A stretch of 64,000 bases of DNA from Bacteroidota bacterium (GCA_003250475.1 QKGI01000065.1:15240-79239); one strand, 5' to 3'. Counted from the first letter of the stretch, positions 1 through 10,189 are shown. The notes: a model not told the origin generated them from the letters alone. Translations and numbers: made by a program.

Positions 1-23
1 GGCTATACGTTTTAACCGGCGCC

Positions 24-1967
24 TTACCTGTCTGTGCGGAAGGGTGCTGCCGGCAGACCCTCGCGGTTATAAAGGTTAGCTCCCTCAGGGTTGTCTGCCC
101 AGGCGTACCTTACAGCAACAGGATTCCTGATCTTCTTTCCTCTGACAATAACCCTGTCACACCTGATCCTTGCCCTGGCCCATATAAAACTCATATCCTC
201 ACCGGCAATGGCAAAGCCTGAGAGCCTCTTGCTGCCTTTTGATACCAGTCCCGACCCCGTATTGTCAAATGTCAGGATGACCCGGCGTCCTCTGACTGTC
301 ATCGCTTTGTATGCCGGCCCCGAGAAGACCACTTTCTCATCACCATAGGCCACTTTTCGTGCCACGAGCGCAAGTCTTATCCCTACATCCATTTTGTCAA
401 GAGGGTGGATGTCATTCCATTCCCCTGCATCAATTGTCACAGCCATCCCTGTTGCCGGCAGCACCAGCGCCCCGGCCTGTGCCTCCCTGAACAGCGCCCA
501 GTTACTCTCCCCGGGAACAGCTTTAGCTTCCATGAAATTCGGAAGCTGAACCAGTATAAACGGCAGGTTGACACTGTCAAGGTTATGCCGCCAGTCGTTG
601 ATAAGTGCAGGCAGCAGGTTACCGTATTCCCGGGGTCTGTCAGCATTTGACTCACCCTGGTACCACAGTATGCCCCTGAGCCTGTAGTTCAGTGCTGGCG
701 CAATCATGGCATTGAACAGGCCGCCCGGCTTATATCCGATGAAAGTCTGCCCGGCGAGCGGGGGCATCACTGCACCTATCCTGTATCTCCATTTCCCCTC
801 AAGGCTTATCCTGAATGCCCCGGCAGACAGATCATAGGTCTTGCCCGGGACAAACCCGCCATCACCCGTAGTACTTATCACTTTAACGGTAAGTATGTTT
901 CTACCTCCCCTCAGTACTCCTGCAGGGATCGTATATCTGCGCGGGGGGTACTGATAGGATACTGTCCCGACGAAGGTGCCGTTAACAAATGCCGAATCTG
1001 CATCGACTATCCTGCCAAGGTTCAGGGTCCCGGGAAGGCCTGACGCCGGGAGAGGAACAGTAATCTCCTTTCTGAACCATACCGCCCCGTTTGTTCCTCT
1101 TAAAGGGGTACCCGACCAGTACCCGGGTATTTCAATAGCTCCCCAGCCTCCTGTGTCAATATCAAAATCATGCCATGTGATCCCGGGCCTCATATATCCT
1201 TCATCAGCCAGCCGCAGTTTTTCATACCACCGGTCGATCCTTGTCTTGTCATCCTGTTCAATGGCCTGTATGAGTGAGTCGGATTTGAACCGCTGAAGCT
1301 CATTGTAATGCTCCGGAAACTCTTTCAGGCTCTCTTCGCTTATCCATGCCTCGGCAGGTGACCCGCCATATGCAGAGATTATTAGACCGACCGGAACTCC
1401 GTACGTCTTGTTTATCTCCCTGGCAAAGAACCACGCTGCAGCCGAAAAGTCCAGAACGGTCTCAGGATCAGCTGCCACCCATCTTCCGCCGGGAAGATCT
1501 GCCTGGCGTTCCTTGAACGAGTATTGCCTGGGCACGGTGAATGCTCTGACAGAATTATTCTCTGCCCCTGCTATCTCAGCCTCATACAATGGACGCACCC
1601 TTCTTACGGGGAGTTCCATATTCGACTGACCGGAGCAGAGCCAAACATCACCTACAAGGATATCATTTATCGTTATGTTGTTACTGCCTTCTATCCTCAT
1701 GATATGGGGCCCGCCAGCCGTCATGGGTTTCATTGTCACCATCCATCCGCCGGAAGCGTCAGCCCTGGTATGATAGCTGTCGCCGGCGAAGTCAACGCAG
1801 ACCTCTTCCCCCGGAGCAGCCCAACCCCAAATCCTGAGTTCGGTGTCACGCTGCAACACCATGCCGTCAGATATCAGCCGGGGCAGCCTTACCTCTCCCT
1901 GCACCAGGTCCGGAAAGATCCCTGCCAGAAGAAGAAGGATTGTCAGTGCAGCATTTCTGTTTTTCAT
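24..1967 (-). CDS. SASA/SGNH-type carbohydrate esterase (sialate O-acetylesterase family, CE6-like); probable acetyl-xylan esterase
   Basis: ORF 24..2048. The best start is the ATG at 1967 (MKNRNAALTILLLLAG signal peptide). CSGQSNME catalytic-serine block of the sialate O-acetylesterase fold. It is the last gene of the xylanolytic minus-strand string. The 27 extra N-terminal codons of the tracked ORF read through an intergenic repeat. Confidence 0.7.
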   Translation of the reverse strand: MKNRNAALTILLLLAGIFPDLVQGEVRLPRLISDGMVLQRDTELRIWGWAAPGEEVCVDFAGDSYHTRADASGGWMVTMKPMTAGGPHIMRIEGSNNITINDILVGDVWLCSGQSNMELPVRRVRPLYEAEIAGAENNSVRAFTVPRQYSFKERQADLPGGRWVAADPETVLDFSAAAWFFAREINKTYGVPVGLIISAYGGSPAEAWISEESLKEFPEHYNELQRFKSDSLIQAIEQDDKTRIDRWYEKLRLADEGYMRPGITWHDFDIDTGGWGAIEIPGYWSGTPLRGTNGAVWFRKEITVPLPASGLPGTLNLGRIVDADSAFVNGTFVGTVSYQYPPRRYTIPAGVLRGGRNILTVKVISTTGDGGFVPGKTYDLSAGAFRISLEGKWRYRIGAVMPPLAGQTFIGYKPGGLFNAMIAPALNYRLRGILWYQGESNADRPREYGNLLPALINDWRHNLDSVNLPFILVQLPNFMEAKAVPGESNWALFREAQAGALVLPATGMAVTIDAGEWNDIHPLDKMDVGIRLALVARKVAYGDEKVVFSGPAYKAMTVRGRRVILTFDNTGSGLVSKGSKRLSGFAIAGEDMSFIWARARIRCDRVIVRGKKIRNPVAVRYAWADNPEGANLYNREGLPAAPFRTDR

Positions 1968-1982
1968 TGTCTTATGGTTTAT

Positions 1983-2116
1983 AGTCTGAAGGTAGAATTT
2001 CCCCGCCCTGCAGTCTGGCTCCTTCACTAAAATGATCCACAGGATCATTTCTTGACGCTCGGACCGGTCTGAAGGTCTGAAGTCTGAGGTCTGTTGTTTC
2101 GATGTGTCTTGCAGTC
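1983..2116. repeat. GTCT-family intergenic repeat element, copy 1 (69-bp core 2006..2074 flanked by GTCTGAAG-type and GTCTTGCAG units)
   Basis: Core 2006..2074 matches 35106..35174 at 68/69 positions. It contains the hairpin AAATGATCC-aca-GGATCATTT (2030..2050) and the palindrome GACCGGTC (2062..2069). Flanks are AGTCTGAAGGT (1983..1993), GGTCTGAAGGTCTGAAGTCTGAGGTCTG (2066..2093) and GTCTTGCAGTC (2106..2116). Confidence 0.85.
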
Positions 2117-2124
2117 CAAAGGTC

Positions 2125-5124
2125 TTAATTCTTATTTAATTCTGTCACTGCCTGCTTTCTGTAAAAACTTTCCGGCGGACCAAGGTATGATTGTCTTACG
2201 CCGCCTGTATTTACAACAATTCTCTCGAGTACCATTCCGGGGTCTGTCATCCAGACTTTAAGGGTATGATATCCCGGTTTCCTGACCGGCACATTTCCGC
2301 TGACGAAGCGCATGTTATCCATCACAGTCTGTTCCCATTCCCTGTTCCCGTTACGGGCATCGAACTCCCCGGGTACCACTGTCAATATACTGGCAGCCTC
2401 ATCATCTATTGAGAGCCCGATACAAAAGTCCCTTCCTGGAAGGTAATTGAGTGACGGTGCCATATAGAGTGTCGTTTCAAATTCGCCGGTGGAGAAGAAA
2501 TACATCCTGTATTCGAGTACCGGGGCGTTGACGCCGGGCACAGCCTGTGGCATGTCCGTCGCTGCACCTGTACGCATTCCTGACAGGGTGCGTCCGTAGT
2601 TCTCTATCCGTTGCCAGTACCTCTCCCCGGTATTAAGGTTCCGGGTATAATGTTCAGCTTCAACAGCCACATAACCGTCTGCCTCAACAAATCCTTCGAG
2701 GGTGGCCGGCTGTGGTTTGGCAGGATTAAAAGCTGTCAGTGTTAACCTCACCTCAGTATCAGTGCCATTGACGCAGATGACCCCCTCATGGGTGCCGTAG
2801 GGTAGTATGGCCCAGTCGATGGTCACCAGTATCCTCTCCTGGTCATTTATTGTCCCGGTGGTGTTGCTCAGGATGATCCAGGGATTCCCGGAGGTGATGG
2901 TATAATCAAACGGCATGGTGCCCCTGTTAAATATCTCGATGTACCTTGCCTGTCTGTTATAGACATCAAAAGGTGGCAGTTCAGGCCCTGTGAGGTCTTT
3001 GCCGGGCCAGCTCTTCAGGGAGCCTTCCACGGCAATACCCATTGAGGCAGCTGGTGGCGCCTCCGGCCGTTCAAGCCTAATTGCCCCGAGGCTGTTTTCC
3101 GGGGGGTCATTCCATGCCGTATAACCCAGGTGAGCCTGGTCCATGAAATGATTCCACCTGCCTCCGGCATAGACACGGTTATAGTAGCCCATAAGGGCAG
3201 TATCTGCCGTGAATAGTTCCACGGTACGGTCAGCCATAGCCGCTGTGCCCGACCTTCCCTGTGATGCATATAGCGCATTCAATCCGGCAGTGACATACAG
3301 TTCGTTCACAACAGCACAGGCTTTAACAGGAAACAGTACGAGGTGGAAGTATGCATCATGCATCTCCCCGGGCAGCAGGGTCTGTATCTCTTCAGCCCTG
3401 GCAGCAAGGCGGTTGTATTCGTCTGCTATCCTTTCAGCCTCATGATAATTGACAGGACTGAAGGTATAGGGACTGAGCAGTTCGGGCTTTCGGCGGCTGT
3501 TAAACCTCGTATATGCCGTGATGATCTCACCGATCTCCTCAGCATATTCCTGCCCGAATACTCTTCCGGCCCACCCTGTTGTGTATGCTGTCATGTCATT
3601 ACTGCCCCAGGCATCCGTTTCCCAGGCCAGGGAAAGAAAGTATTCGACAGGCAATTCATACCCGCGGAAATGTCCTGCATTGACAATCCATATTCTATCG
3701 GCTCCGTACTGTTTTGCCAGAGTCATCTGGTCCCATATTTTTGGTATCGGGCTGGTGTTGATCCACTGGTAGCTTCGTGGTCCTCCATGGTAGTCGAAGT
3801 GATAGTACACCCCGGCCCCGCCGCTGCGATGACGCTCCGGTGCATCCGGCAGGCGTCTTACGTTACCCCAGTTGTCTTCGGCCCAGAGCAGGGTAACATC
3901 ATCCGGCACCCTCATGCCCTCATTATAATAGTCCTGTACCTCTTTATACAGGCACCACATCTGAGGTACTGCTGTGACGTCATTGTCAAGTTCTTCCGAA
4001 ATCAGTCTTCGCTGGACCTCAACAATTTTTTCCAGCCTGGCGATATTGGCATCGGGTCCGCCGGGGCCCATCTCGGTGTCATCTGCGCCGCGTAATCCTA
4101 TCGTAATGATACTCTCATAGTCCCTGTTCCTCCTTATCCCTTCGCGCCAGAATTTAACCAGGGTATCAGCGTGGTCTGTCCAGCTCCAGCTGCCCAGTGT
4201 TCCCTGGTAGCGGCGGTCCCACTCCTTCTGAGCCCTGAGCATCGGCTCCTGGTGGGATGTGCCCATGACGACACCGTACTCATCAGCCAGTCGTGCATTG
4301 GCGGTATCGTCCTCATTGAAGGCATTGTTCCACATGGCAGGCCACAGGTAGTTGGCTTTCATCCTGAGCAGCACCTCGAAGATCCTTGCATAGAACTCAC
4401 TGCCGTAGTTAGCCACCCCGGAGGGTACCGGAGGGTTCGCTGAGGGCTGTACGTTACCGTATTTATATTCCACCCATTTTGTCAGTGCAGGGTATTCATC
4501 GTTGAGGAAGATCCCGCGGTATCTGACAGACGGTTCACCCCACACCCGTCTTCCCGGCAAGACATACAGCCCGCTGCTCTTCCTGACCGGCACGTCGGCC
4601 CACCAGTACCATGGTGAGACTCCTATCCTGCCTGAAATGTGATATATGCCGAAGATGGTCCCTCTTTTGTCGCTCCCGGCAATAACGAGAGCCTTTCTTA
4701 TACCCGGCAGAGGGTTATCCACAGTCTGAATGAGAAAGCTTTCCCATTTGCCCGCCACGCCATCGGTATCTATTTTACCCTTTTGAACAAGCCTGTCAAT
4801 CAGGTGACTTTTACCTATTGTGCCGGCTATTACTACCTCCCTGTTTCGCGGTATCTTACCGGTAATAAAACCCGGGGTGATGCCTGTCACCTTGCTTATG
4901 TCGGTCTGCAGGTCTCTCAGTGCCCTGGTGACACCTGGCCACTCCTCCGGGTCAGAGCAGAGGATGGTGGTTTTCCCGGGTTCAGCCAGTGTGAAGCAGC
5001 CATCGCTCCATGCTGATGAAACAAACTGCTCCTCTCCCGGGATGCTGTCCTCCAGGCCTTCCATCCCTGGTGAGGTGATGGGAGCCGGTATCATCAGGGA
5101 CAGAAGCAGTAAAGTGAGTTTCAT
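2125..5124 (-). CDS. GH115 xylan alpha-1,2-glucuronidase
   Basis: 999 aa with a signal peptide. The N-terminal module (FTLAEPGKTTILCSDPEEWPGVTRALRDLQTDISKVTG) and the YRGIFLNDE block are as I remember them for GH115. Its ATG overlaps the upstream GH3 stop (ATGA at 5121..5124). Confidence 0.75.
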   Translation of the reverse strand: MKLTLLLLSLMIPAPITSPGMEGLEDSIPGEEQFVSSAWSDGCFTLAEPGKTTILCSDPEEWPGVTRALRDLQTDISKVTGITPGFITGKIPRNREVVIAGTIGKSHLIDRLVQKGKIDTDGVAGKWESFLIQTVDNPLPGIRKALVIAGSDKRGTIFGIYHISGRIGVSPWYWWADVPVRKSSGLYVLPGRRVWGEPSVRYRGIFLNDEYPALTKWVEYKYGNVQPSANPPVPSGVANYGSEFYARIFEVLLRMKANYLWPAMWNNAFNEDDTANARLADEYGVVMGTSHQEPMLRAQKEWDRRYQGTLGSWSWTDHADTLVKFWREGIRRNRDYESIITIGLRGADDTEMGPGGPDANIARLEKIVEVQRRLISEELDNDVTAVPQMWCLYKEVQDYYNEGMRVPDDVTLLWAEDNWGNVRRLPDAPERHRSGGAGVYYHFDYHGGPRSYQWINTSPIPKIWDQMTLAKQYGADRIWIVNAGHFRGYELPVEYFLSLAWETDAWGSNDMTAYTTGWAGRVFGQEYAEEIGEIITAYTRFNSRRKPELLSPYTFSPVNYHEAERIADEYNRLAARAEEIQTLLPGEMHDAYFHLVLFPVKACAVVNELYVTAGLNALYASQGRSGTAAMADRTVELFTADTALMGYYNRVYAGGRWNHFMDQAHLGYTAWNDPPENSLGAIRLERPEAPPAASMGIAVEGSLKSWPGKDLTGPELPPFDVYNRQARYIEIFNRGTMPFDYTITSGNPWIILSNTTGTINDQERILVTIDWAILPYGTHEGVICVNGTDTEVRLTLTAFNPAKPQPATLEGFVEADGYVAVEAEHYTRNLNTGERYWQRIENYGRTLSGMRTGAATDMPQAVPGVNAPVLEYRMYFFSTGEFETTLYMAPSLNYLPGRDFCIGLSIDDEAASILTVVPGEFDARNGNREWEQTVMDNMRFVSGNVPVRKPGYHTLKVWMTDPGMVLERIVVNTGGVRQSYLGPPESFYRKQAVTELNKN

Positions 5125-7394
5125 AATACTGTCAACAGGGTCTTTTGAAGGTCGGCATCACATGATGAGGGACCTGTCATGATCTCAAAATCACCCGGTT
5201 CAACCACATATTTCATGTCAATATTATGAAATGCCAGTTTGTCGGGTGTAATCTCAAAGGATACCTTTCGTGTTTCACCGGGCTTAAGTGATATACGTGC
5301 AAAGCCTTTCAACTCCTTCACCGGTCTTGTAACGCTGCTTATAAGGTCTCTGATATATAGCTGTACAATTTCATCACCTGCCATCTTTCCGGTATTTGTT
5401 ACCTCCACCATCACACGGGCAGCTTCTCCTTTCTTTATTTTGTTCTTTTTGAGGACCGGTTTTCCATAGTTGAACTCTGTATAACTTAACCCGAAGCCGA
5501 AGCAGAAAAGAGGATTTACATCCTGGGATATGTAGTCCATATACTGGGCGCTTGGTTTGTGATTATAATATAGCGGCAACTGTCCTGCCGACTTCGGGAA
5601 GGTTATAGTAAGCTTTCCTGAAGGATTCACTTCACCGAAGATGATGTCAGCTGCAGCGTTTCCGGTCTCCTGTCCCATATACCATCCTTCGATTATTGCA
5701 GGTACCTTTTCTGTAAGACTGTTTATGGCCAGCGGGCGTCCGTTCATAAGGTAAAGCACGACAGGTTTGTTAAGGGCAGTGATTGCTTCCGCCAGCTCAT
5801 TCTGTTCGCCGAAGAGGTCAAGGGTCATGTTATCACCGATATGGTTTTTTGCCCATGCTTCACGGCAGAGATGTTCATTCTCTCCCAGGGCAAGTATGAT
5901 GACATCAGCGCCTGAAGCAACTTTCACCGCTTCCCTGATGAGTTTGAGGTTCTCCTCACGGGAGGCAAACTTTATCTCATCATATTTCCAGTTGAAATAA
6001 CTGCCTGTAGTGTTTATCGTCAGTCTGCAGCCCTGGGCAAAGAGCACCTCGGTGCCGTTGCCGGCCCTTGTTCTTATGCCATCAAGCAGGCTCGTCTTCT
6101 CATATGGCTCCCCGGAGTAGCCCCCGAACCACAGGTCTTTGGCGCAGGGTCCTATTACGGCTATCTTCCTGTATGTTCCCCTTTTTAAGGGGAGAAGGTT
6201 CTCATTCTTCAGCAACACTATCGATTCATGGGCTGCCTGCAAAGCCATCTTCCTGTGCGACAATGATTTGCTGACGGCGATTGCATTCTTCTCCTCAACA
6301 AAGGGATTTTCAAACAATCCGAGGCTGAACTTGAATGCCAGGACCTGCTCTACTGCTTTGTCGATATCCTCCTTCCTGATCTTTCTTTTTCTTACCAGGT
6401 CGGGGAGTATCCGGTACATGTTACCCTGCGGGAATTCATACTGTACTCCTGCGTTGAAAGCTGTTGCCGCAGCTTCCGTTGCGTCGCCGCATACAAAATG
6501 TTTGTTAAACAGCTGGTCAATGCCATAATAGTCTGACACGATCATTCCCTTGTAACCCCACTCGTTACGCAACAGATCTTTTAACAGCCACCTGTTGGCA
6601 TGTGACGGTACACCGTCCACCTCATTATAGGAGGGCATGACGGAGACCGGTCTGGCATGGTCGATACACATCTTAAACGGAGGCATATGGTAGTCGCGTA
6701 ATACCCGCATGGAGTAGTTGGCAGGGCCCTGGTTCAGCCCGCCCTCCGACTCGCCATGACCAGCAAGGTGTTTCAGTGTGGCAGCCACGTTGTTGTTCCT
6801 GACTATGCCTGTATCACTTCCCTGCAGGCCCTTTACGGCTGCTATTGAGAGCATACCGTTGAGATAGGGATCCTCACCGTAGGTCTCTTCGGTCCTTCCC
6901 CATCTTGGATCACGGCATACGTCTATTACAGGGGTTAGTGCATGATGTGTGCCACGGGATCTCATCTCATGAGCTACTGTGCTGTATACTTTTTCAAACA
7001 GTTTTGTATCCCATGAACATGCCAGCCCGATAGCCTGGGGGAAGACAGTGGATTCTGGTCTCATCATCCCATGCTGACCCTCATCGACAAAGAGAGCCGG
7101 TATGCCCAGCCTGGTCTCTTCAACAAGGTATTTCTGGATGGTGTTACGCATCCTGACTGTATCCCTGATGCCGAAGGGCGCGGGATGAACAGAATGGCAC
7201 CCCTTGCCAAAGATATCTTTCATCATGACAGGGTCGTCGAAGATCTCCGGCTTGAAATCCTCTACACCACCGTTCCATAGTCCCATGAGCTGAGCACATT
7301 TCTCTTCCATGGTCATGCGTGTCATAAGGTCGTCCACCCTTTTCCTGACAGAGAGGGAGGCGTCTTTATACGGTACTTTTGCTGATTGTCTCAT
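5121..7394 (-). CDS. GH3 beta-xylosidase/beta-glucosidase (BglX-like), no signal peptide
   Basis: 757 aa. GH3 motifs GRTEETYGEDPYL, KHLAGHGESEGG and GMIVSDYYG (nucleophile Asp). The N-terminus MRQSAKVPYKDASLSVRK is not signal-like. Confidence 0.85.
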   Translation of the reverse strand: MRQSAKVPYKDASLSVRKRVDDLMTRMTMEEKCAQLMGLWNGGVEDFKPEIFDDPVMMKDIFGKGCHSVHPAPFGIRDTVRMRNTIQKYLVEETRLGIPALFVDEGQHGMMRPESTVFPQAIGLACSWDTKLFEKVYSTVAHEMRSRGTHHALTPVIDVCRDPRWGRTEETYGEDPYLNGMLSIAAVKGLQGSDTGIVRNNNVAATLKHLAGHGESEGGLNQGPANYSMRVLRDYHMPPFKMCIDHARPVSVMPSYNEVDGVPSHANRWLLKDLLRNEWGYKGMIVSDYYGIDQLFNKHFVCGDATEAAATAFNAGVQYEFPQGNMYRILPDLVRKRKIRKEDIDKAVEQVLAFKFSLGLFENPFVEEKNAIAVSKSLSHRKMALQAAHESIVLLKNENLLPLKRGTYRKIAVIGPCAKDLWFGGYSGEPYEKTSLLDGIRTRAGNGTEVLFAQGCRLTINTTGSYFNWKYDEIKFASREENLKLIREAVKVASGADVIILALGENEHLCREAWAKNHIGDNMTLDLFGEQNELAEAITALNKPVVLYLMNGRPLAINSLTEKVPAIIEGWYMGQETGNAAADIIFGEVNPSGKLTITFPKSAGQLPLYYNHKPSAQYMDYISQDVNPLFCFGFGLSYTEFNYGKPVLKKNKIKKGEAARVMVEVTNTGKMAGDEIVQLYIRDLISSVTRPVKELKGFARISLKPGETRKVSFEITPDKLAFHNIDMKYVVEPGDFEIMTGPSSCDADLQKTLLTVL

Positions 7395-7414
7395 CTTATT
7401 TGATTACGGTTTTA

Positions 7415-8533
7415 TTACTTCAGTTTTGCAGCCTCTTTAATAATGGCGTAGTATGCCGGCTTTGGATTATAATCCCGGTCAAACAACAGCGGATAGTTGG
7501 TACGGCCCGGTATTGGCCAGTCATTCTTCCACGAGTAACCGTCATTTATCCCCCAGAATGTCACCCTAGAAACCTGGTCACTGTGCCTGAGCAGCAGCCT
7601 GAACAATTCGGCATACCTGTCAGCAAGCTGTAACCCAACAGAGTCAGGAAGCTCCTTTGCATAGGGATTAAGGGAATCGCGGTATTCGGCCGTCTTTGAT
7701 ATCTCGGCTCCATACAGCCAGGCCGGTGTGGGAAGCACATTGATCTCCATCTCGGTAATCATGACCTTCATTCCCAGGTTTGCATATTCGTTTATGCTTT
7801 CGTCCACGACAGTGAAATCCGGTGAGTCGAGATGCCAGTGCCCCTGTATGCCCACGCCGTCAATACGTATACCCTTCTCCTTCAGGTTGGTTACGATTGC
7901 TGTCACCCCGGCTCTCTTCAACGGCTCTTCGTTGTTGTAGTCGTTGTAATAGAGTTCTGCTTCCGGATCAGCTTCATGTGCATACCGGAATGCCATTTCT
8001 ATATAGTCGTCACCTATTATACTGAGCCATGGTGTCTGCCTCAGGCTGCCATCCTCGTCCACTGCCTCGTTAACCACATCCCATCCAAGGACCTTTCCCC
8101 TGTAGTGGCCGACCACCATCTGGATGTGGTCTTTCATTCTTTCCAGCAGGGCTTCACGTGTCAGCTGGTTTCCCAGGGAGTCGCGGAAGACCCAGTCGGG
8201 CGTCTGTGAATGCCATACCAGGACATGACCTATGACCGCCATCCCGCTGTTCTGAGCAAAATCCATGATACTGTCAGCCAGGTCAAAGTAGTATGTTCCC
8301 GGTTCAGGGTGTATCCTTTCCCACTTCATCGCGTTTTCTGCAGTGACAGCGTTGAAATGCTCCGTAATGAACGGCAGCGCCCCGGGGTCTGCTCCGGAGA
8401 GCTCGCGCCTGTCTATGGAGGTTCCGATAAGGAAGTGGCCGGCAAAGACATCTTTTAGTCCGGGCGCATCGCTGTCGCATGAAGTGAGGAGCGTAACCGA
8501 AATCAGTACTGCGGGCAGTATTTTGTTCTTCAT
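7415..8533 (-). CDS. GH10 endo-1,4-beta-xylanase, lipoprotein
   Basis: 372 aa. Lipobox LLTSC. GH10 catalytic blocks WDVVNEA (acid/base Glu) and ITEMEI (nucleophile Glu). Confidence 0.9.
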   Translation of the reverse strand: MKNKILPAVLISVTLLTSCDSDAPGLKDVFAGHFLIGTSIDRRELSGADPGALPFITEHFNAVTAENAMKWERIHPEPGTYYFDLADSIMDFAQNSGMAVIGHVLVWHSQTPDWVFRDSLGNQLTREALLERMKDHIQMVVGHYRGKVLGWDVVNEAVDEDGSLRQTPWLSIIGDDYIEMAFRYAHEADPEAELYYNDYNNEEPLKRAGVTAIVTNLKEKGIRIDGVGIQGHWHLDSPDFTVVDESINEYANLGMKVMITEMEINVLPTPAWLYGAEISKTAEYRDSLNPYAKELPDSVGLQLADRYAELFRLLLRHSDQVSRVTFWGINDGYSWKNDWPIPGRTNYPLLFDRDYNPKPAYYAIIKEAAKLK

Positions 8534-8552
8534 GATCTGTCTCTTTTTCGGA

Positions 8553-10010
8553 TTACCCTGCGTATTCCTTTCTCCGTTCTGTTAGCTCGTCCTGCATCTG
8601 GTATTCGACCTTTTTACCTATGCCGTAAATGAACAGTGCTATCACGCAGAGTACAAGTGCCACGACAGGGAATAAACTTACTGACAGCCTGATGCCCTGT
8701 ATTGCTGTTGGTGTCTGAACCACATTGGCAACATAGCCGTATGCATTCAGCAACCATCCTGCAAGTGCACCTCCTACAGCAAGTCCTACCTTCAGTCCTA
8801 CTACAATGGCTGCAAACACTATCCCCGTAGCACGGCGGTTGAACTTCCATTCGGAGTAGTCTGCCACGTCAGCCATCATAGCCCATGGCAGGGGCATGGT
8901 AACTCCCCAGGAGAAGTTAAACAGGATTGAAAGGATAAGTATAAGTGTTACCCCGGATGGCGGTGCCACAAAGAAGAGAGCTGCCATCAGGCCGGCCACA
9001 ATAAGCCATATTCTGAAGACGTCTCTTTTCCCGAACCTCTTGGCAAGGGCATTGCCAACGGCTATGCCGGGCAGCGCTGCCAGCTGACCCAGGATATTGA
9101 TCACGCTGAAGCTGTTGTCGGCATAGTTGGCACCGACAGATGTCAGGTTGAGCCCGCCGAGAAGTCCGAAGAGCACTTTGTCGGCGTTGACAAGGAAGGT
9201 TCTCATGCTCTCCGGGTCAAGATAATACTTGAAATAGTAGAGTAGCATGCTGTTCCGCATGGCAAGGAAGATGAACATAAAGAGAAATACAATGAACATC
9301 AGAACCCACTGCCTGTTGTGCAACAGGTCAGAGAGGTCCTGCCTCAGTGATGTTTTTTGCTGCGGAGGAGGGACAATCCGCTCTTTTGTCGTAAAAAATG
9401 TTATCAGGAAAAACAGTATTGCCAGAGAAGCAAAAATACCCATTGTGATCTGGTATCCCCGGGCGCTGCTGCCCTGTCCGAAGTGGTTAACCATAGGCAG
9501 GGTAAAGCCCATAATAGCTATTGTTGCAAGTGTCACAGCCACAAACCGGAAGGAAGAAAGGCTGGTACGCTCCTTCATCTTCCCTGTTATGACACCGCTC
9601 AGGGCTGCGTATGGATTGTTGTTTGCAGAATAGACAGTGAGCAGGAGCAGATAGGTAATGTAGGCATAGATCAGTTTGCCTGTTGATCCGAAGTCAGGGG
9701 TCCTGAATGCAAGGTATCCCAGCACCCCGAAAGGAATGGCCGTCCACAGTATCCATGGCCTGAACTTACCCCACCGTGTATTTGTCCGGTCAGCCAGAGC
9801 GCCGAAGACCGGGTCACACACAGCTCCCCATAACCGGGCCACAAGAAACAACGTAGCAGCTGCACCTGCCGTCAGGCCGAAGGTATCTGTATAAAAGCTG
9901 AGCTGAAGCAGCATCATTGTCTGAAAGATGAAGTTGGCTGCACCATCTCCGAGGCTGTAGCCGACCTTCTCTTTAACCGATAGTTTCCCTGTTTCCGGTT
10001 GCATCATCAT
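8553..10010 (-). CDS. Glycoside-pentoside-hexuronide (GPH):cation symporter, probable xylo-oligosaccharide importer
   Basis: 485 aa, about 12 hydrophobic segments. GPH-type N-terminus LSVKEKVGYSLGDGAANFIFQ. First gene of the minus-strand xylanolytic operon. Confidence 0.8.
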   Translation of the reverse strand: MMMQPETGKLSVKEKVGYSLGDGAANFIFQTMMLLQLSFYTDTFGLTAGAAATLFLVARLWGAVCDPVFGALADRTNTRWGKFRPWILWTAIPFGVLGYLAFRTPDFGSTGKLIYAYITYLLLLTVYSANNNPYAALSGVITGKMKERTSLSSFRFVAVTLATIAIMGFTLPMVNHFGQGSSARGYQITMGIFASLAILFFLITFFTTKERIVPPPQQKTSLRQDLSDLLHNRQWVLMFIVFLFMFIFLAMRNSMLLYYFKYYLDPESMRTFLVNADKVLFGLLGGLNLTSVGANYADNSFSVINILGQLAALPGIAVGNALAKRFGKRDVFRIWLIVAGLMAALFFVAPPSGVTLILILSILFNFSWGVTMPLPWAMMADVADYSEWKFNRRATGIVFAAIVVGLKVGLAVGGALAGWLLNAYGYVANVVQTPTAIQGIRLSVSLFPVVALVLCVIALFIYGIGKKVEYQMQDELTERRKEYAG

Positions 10011-10119
10011 TTAGTTATCAGGATTACATTATTTAATACCATAAATATTCTTCCCTGGACCTGGTATACATCATGGCCGGGTTTAAACTTAATTAAAAGT
10101 ATATAATCCGATTTAATTC

Positions 10120-10133
10120 TGCAACCGATTGCA
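10120..10133. promoter_or_regulatory. Candidate LacI-family operator TGCAACCGATTGCA
   Basis: Fits the generic LacI/CcpA-type operator pattern TGnAAnCGnTTnCA at every constrained position. It lies in the 179-bp divergent region between the transporter operon and the lacI-family gene. Confidence 0.45.
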
Positions 10134-10189
10134 AAAAATACTTCAAAAAATTTCAATAATACCGGTTTTCTTACTTATTTTGAAGAATT

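Noticed and set aside
1968-2048. A 'conserved' peptide MILWIILVKEPDCR (also MILRIILVKEPDCR at 34945..35148)
   Set aside because: The conservation comes from the 69-bp DNA repeat itself. In copy 1 it only extends the esterase ORF upstream of a much better signal-peptide start. In copy 2 the ORF overlaps the pyrF 3' end antisense.
3343-4095. 250-aa plus-strand ORF (and neighbours 3209..3445, 3518..3772, 4171..4443)
   Set aside because: They are antisense to the GH115 gene, with low-complexity or Cys/Pro-rich translations typical of shadow frames.
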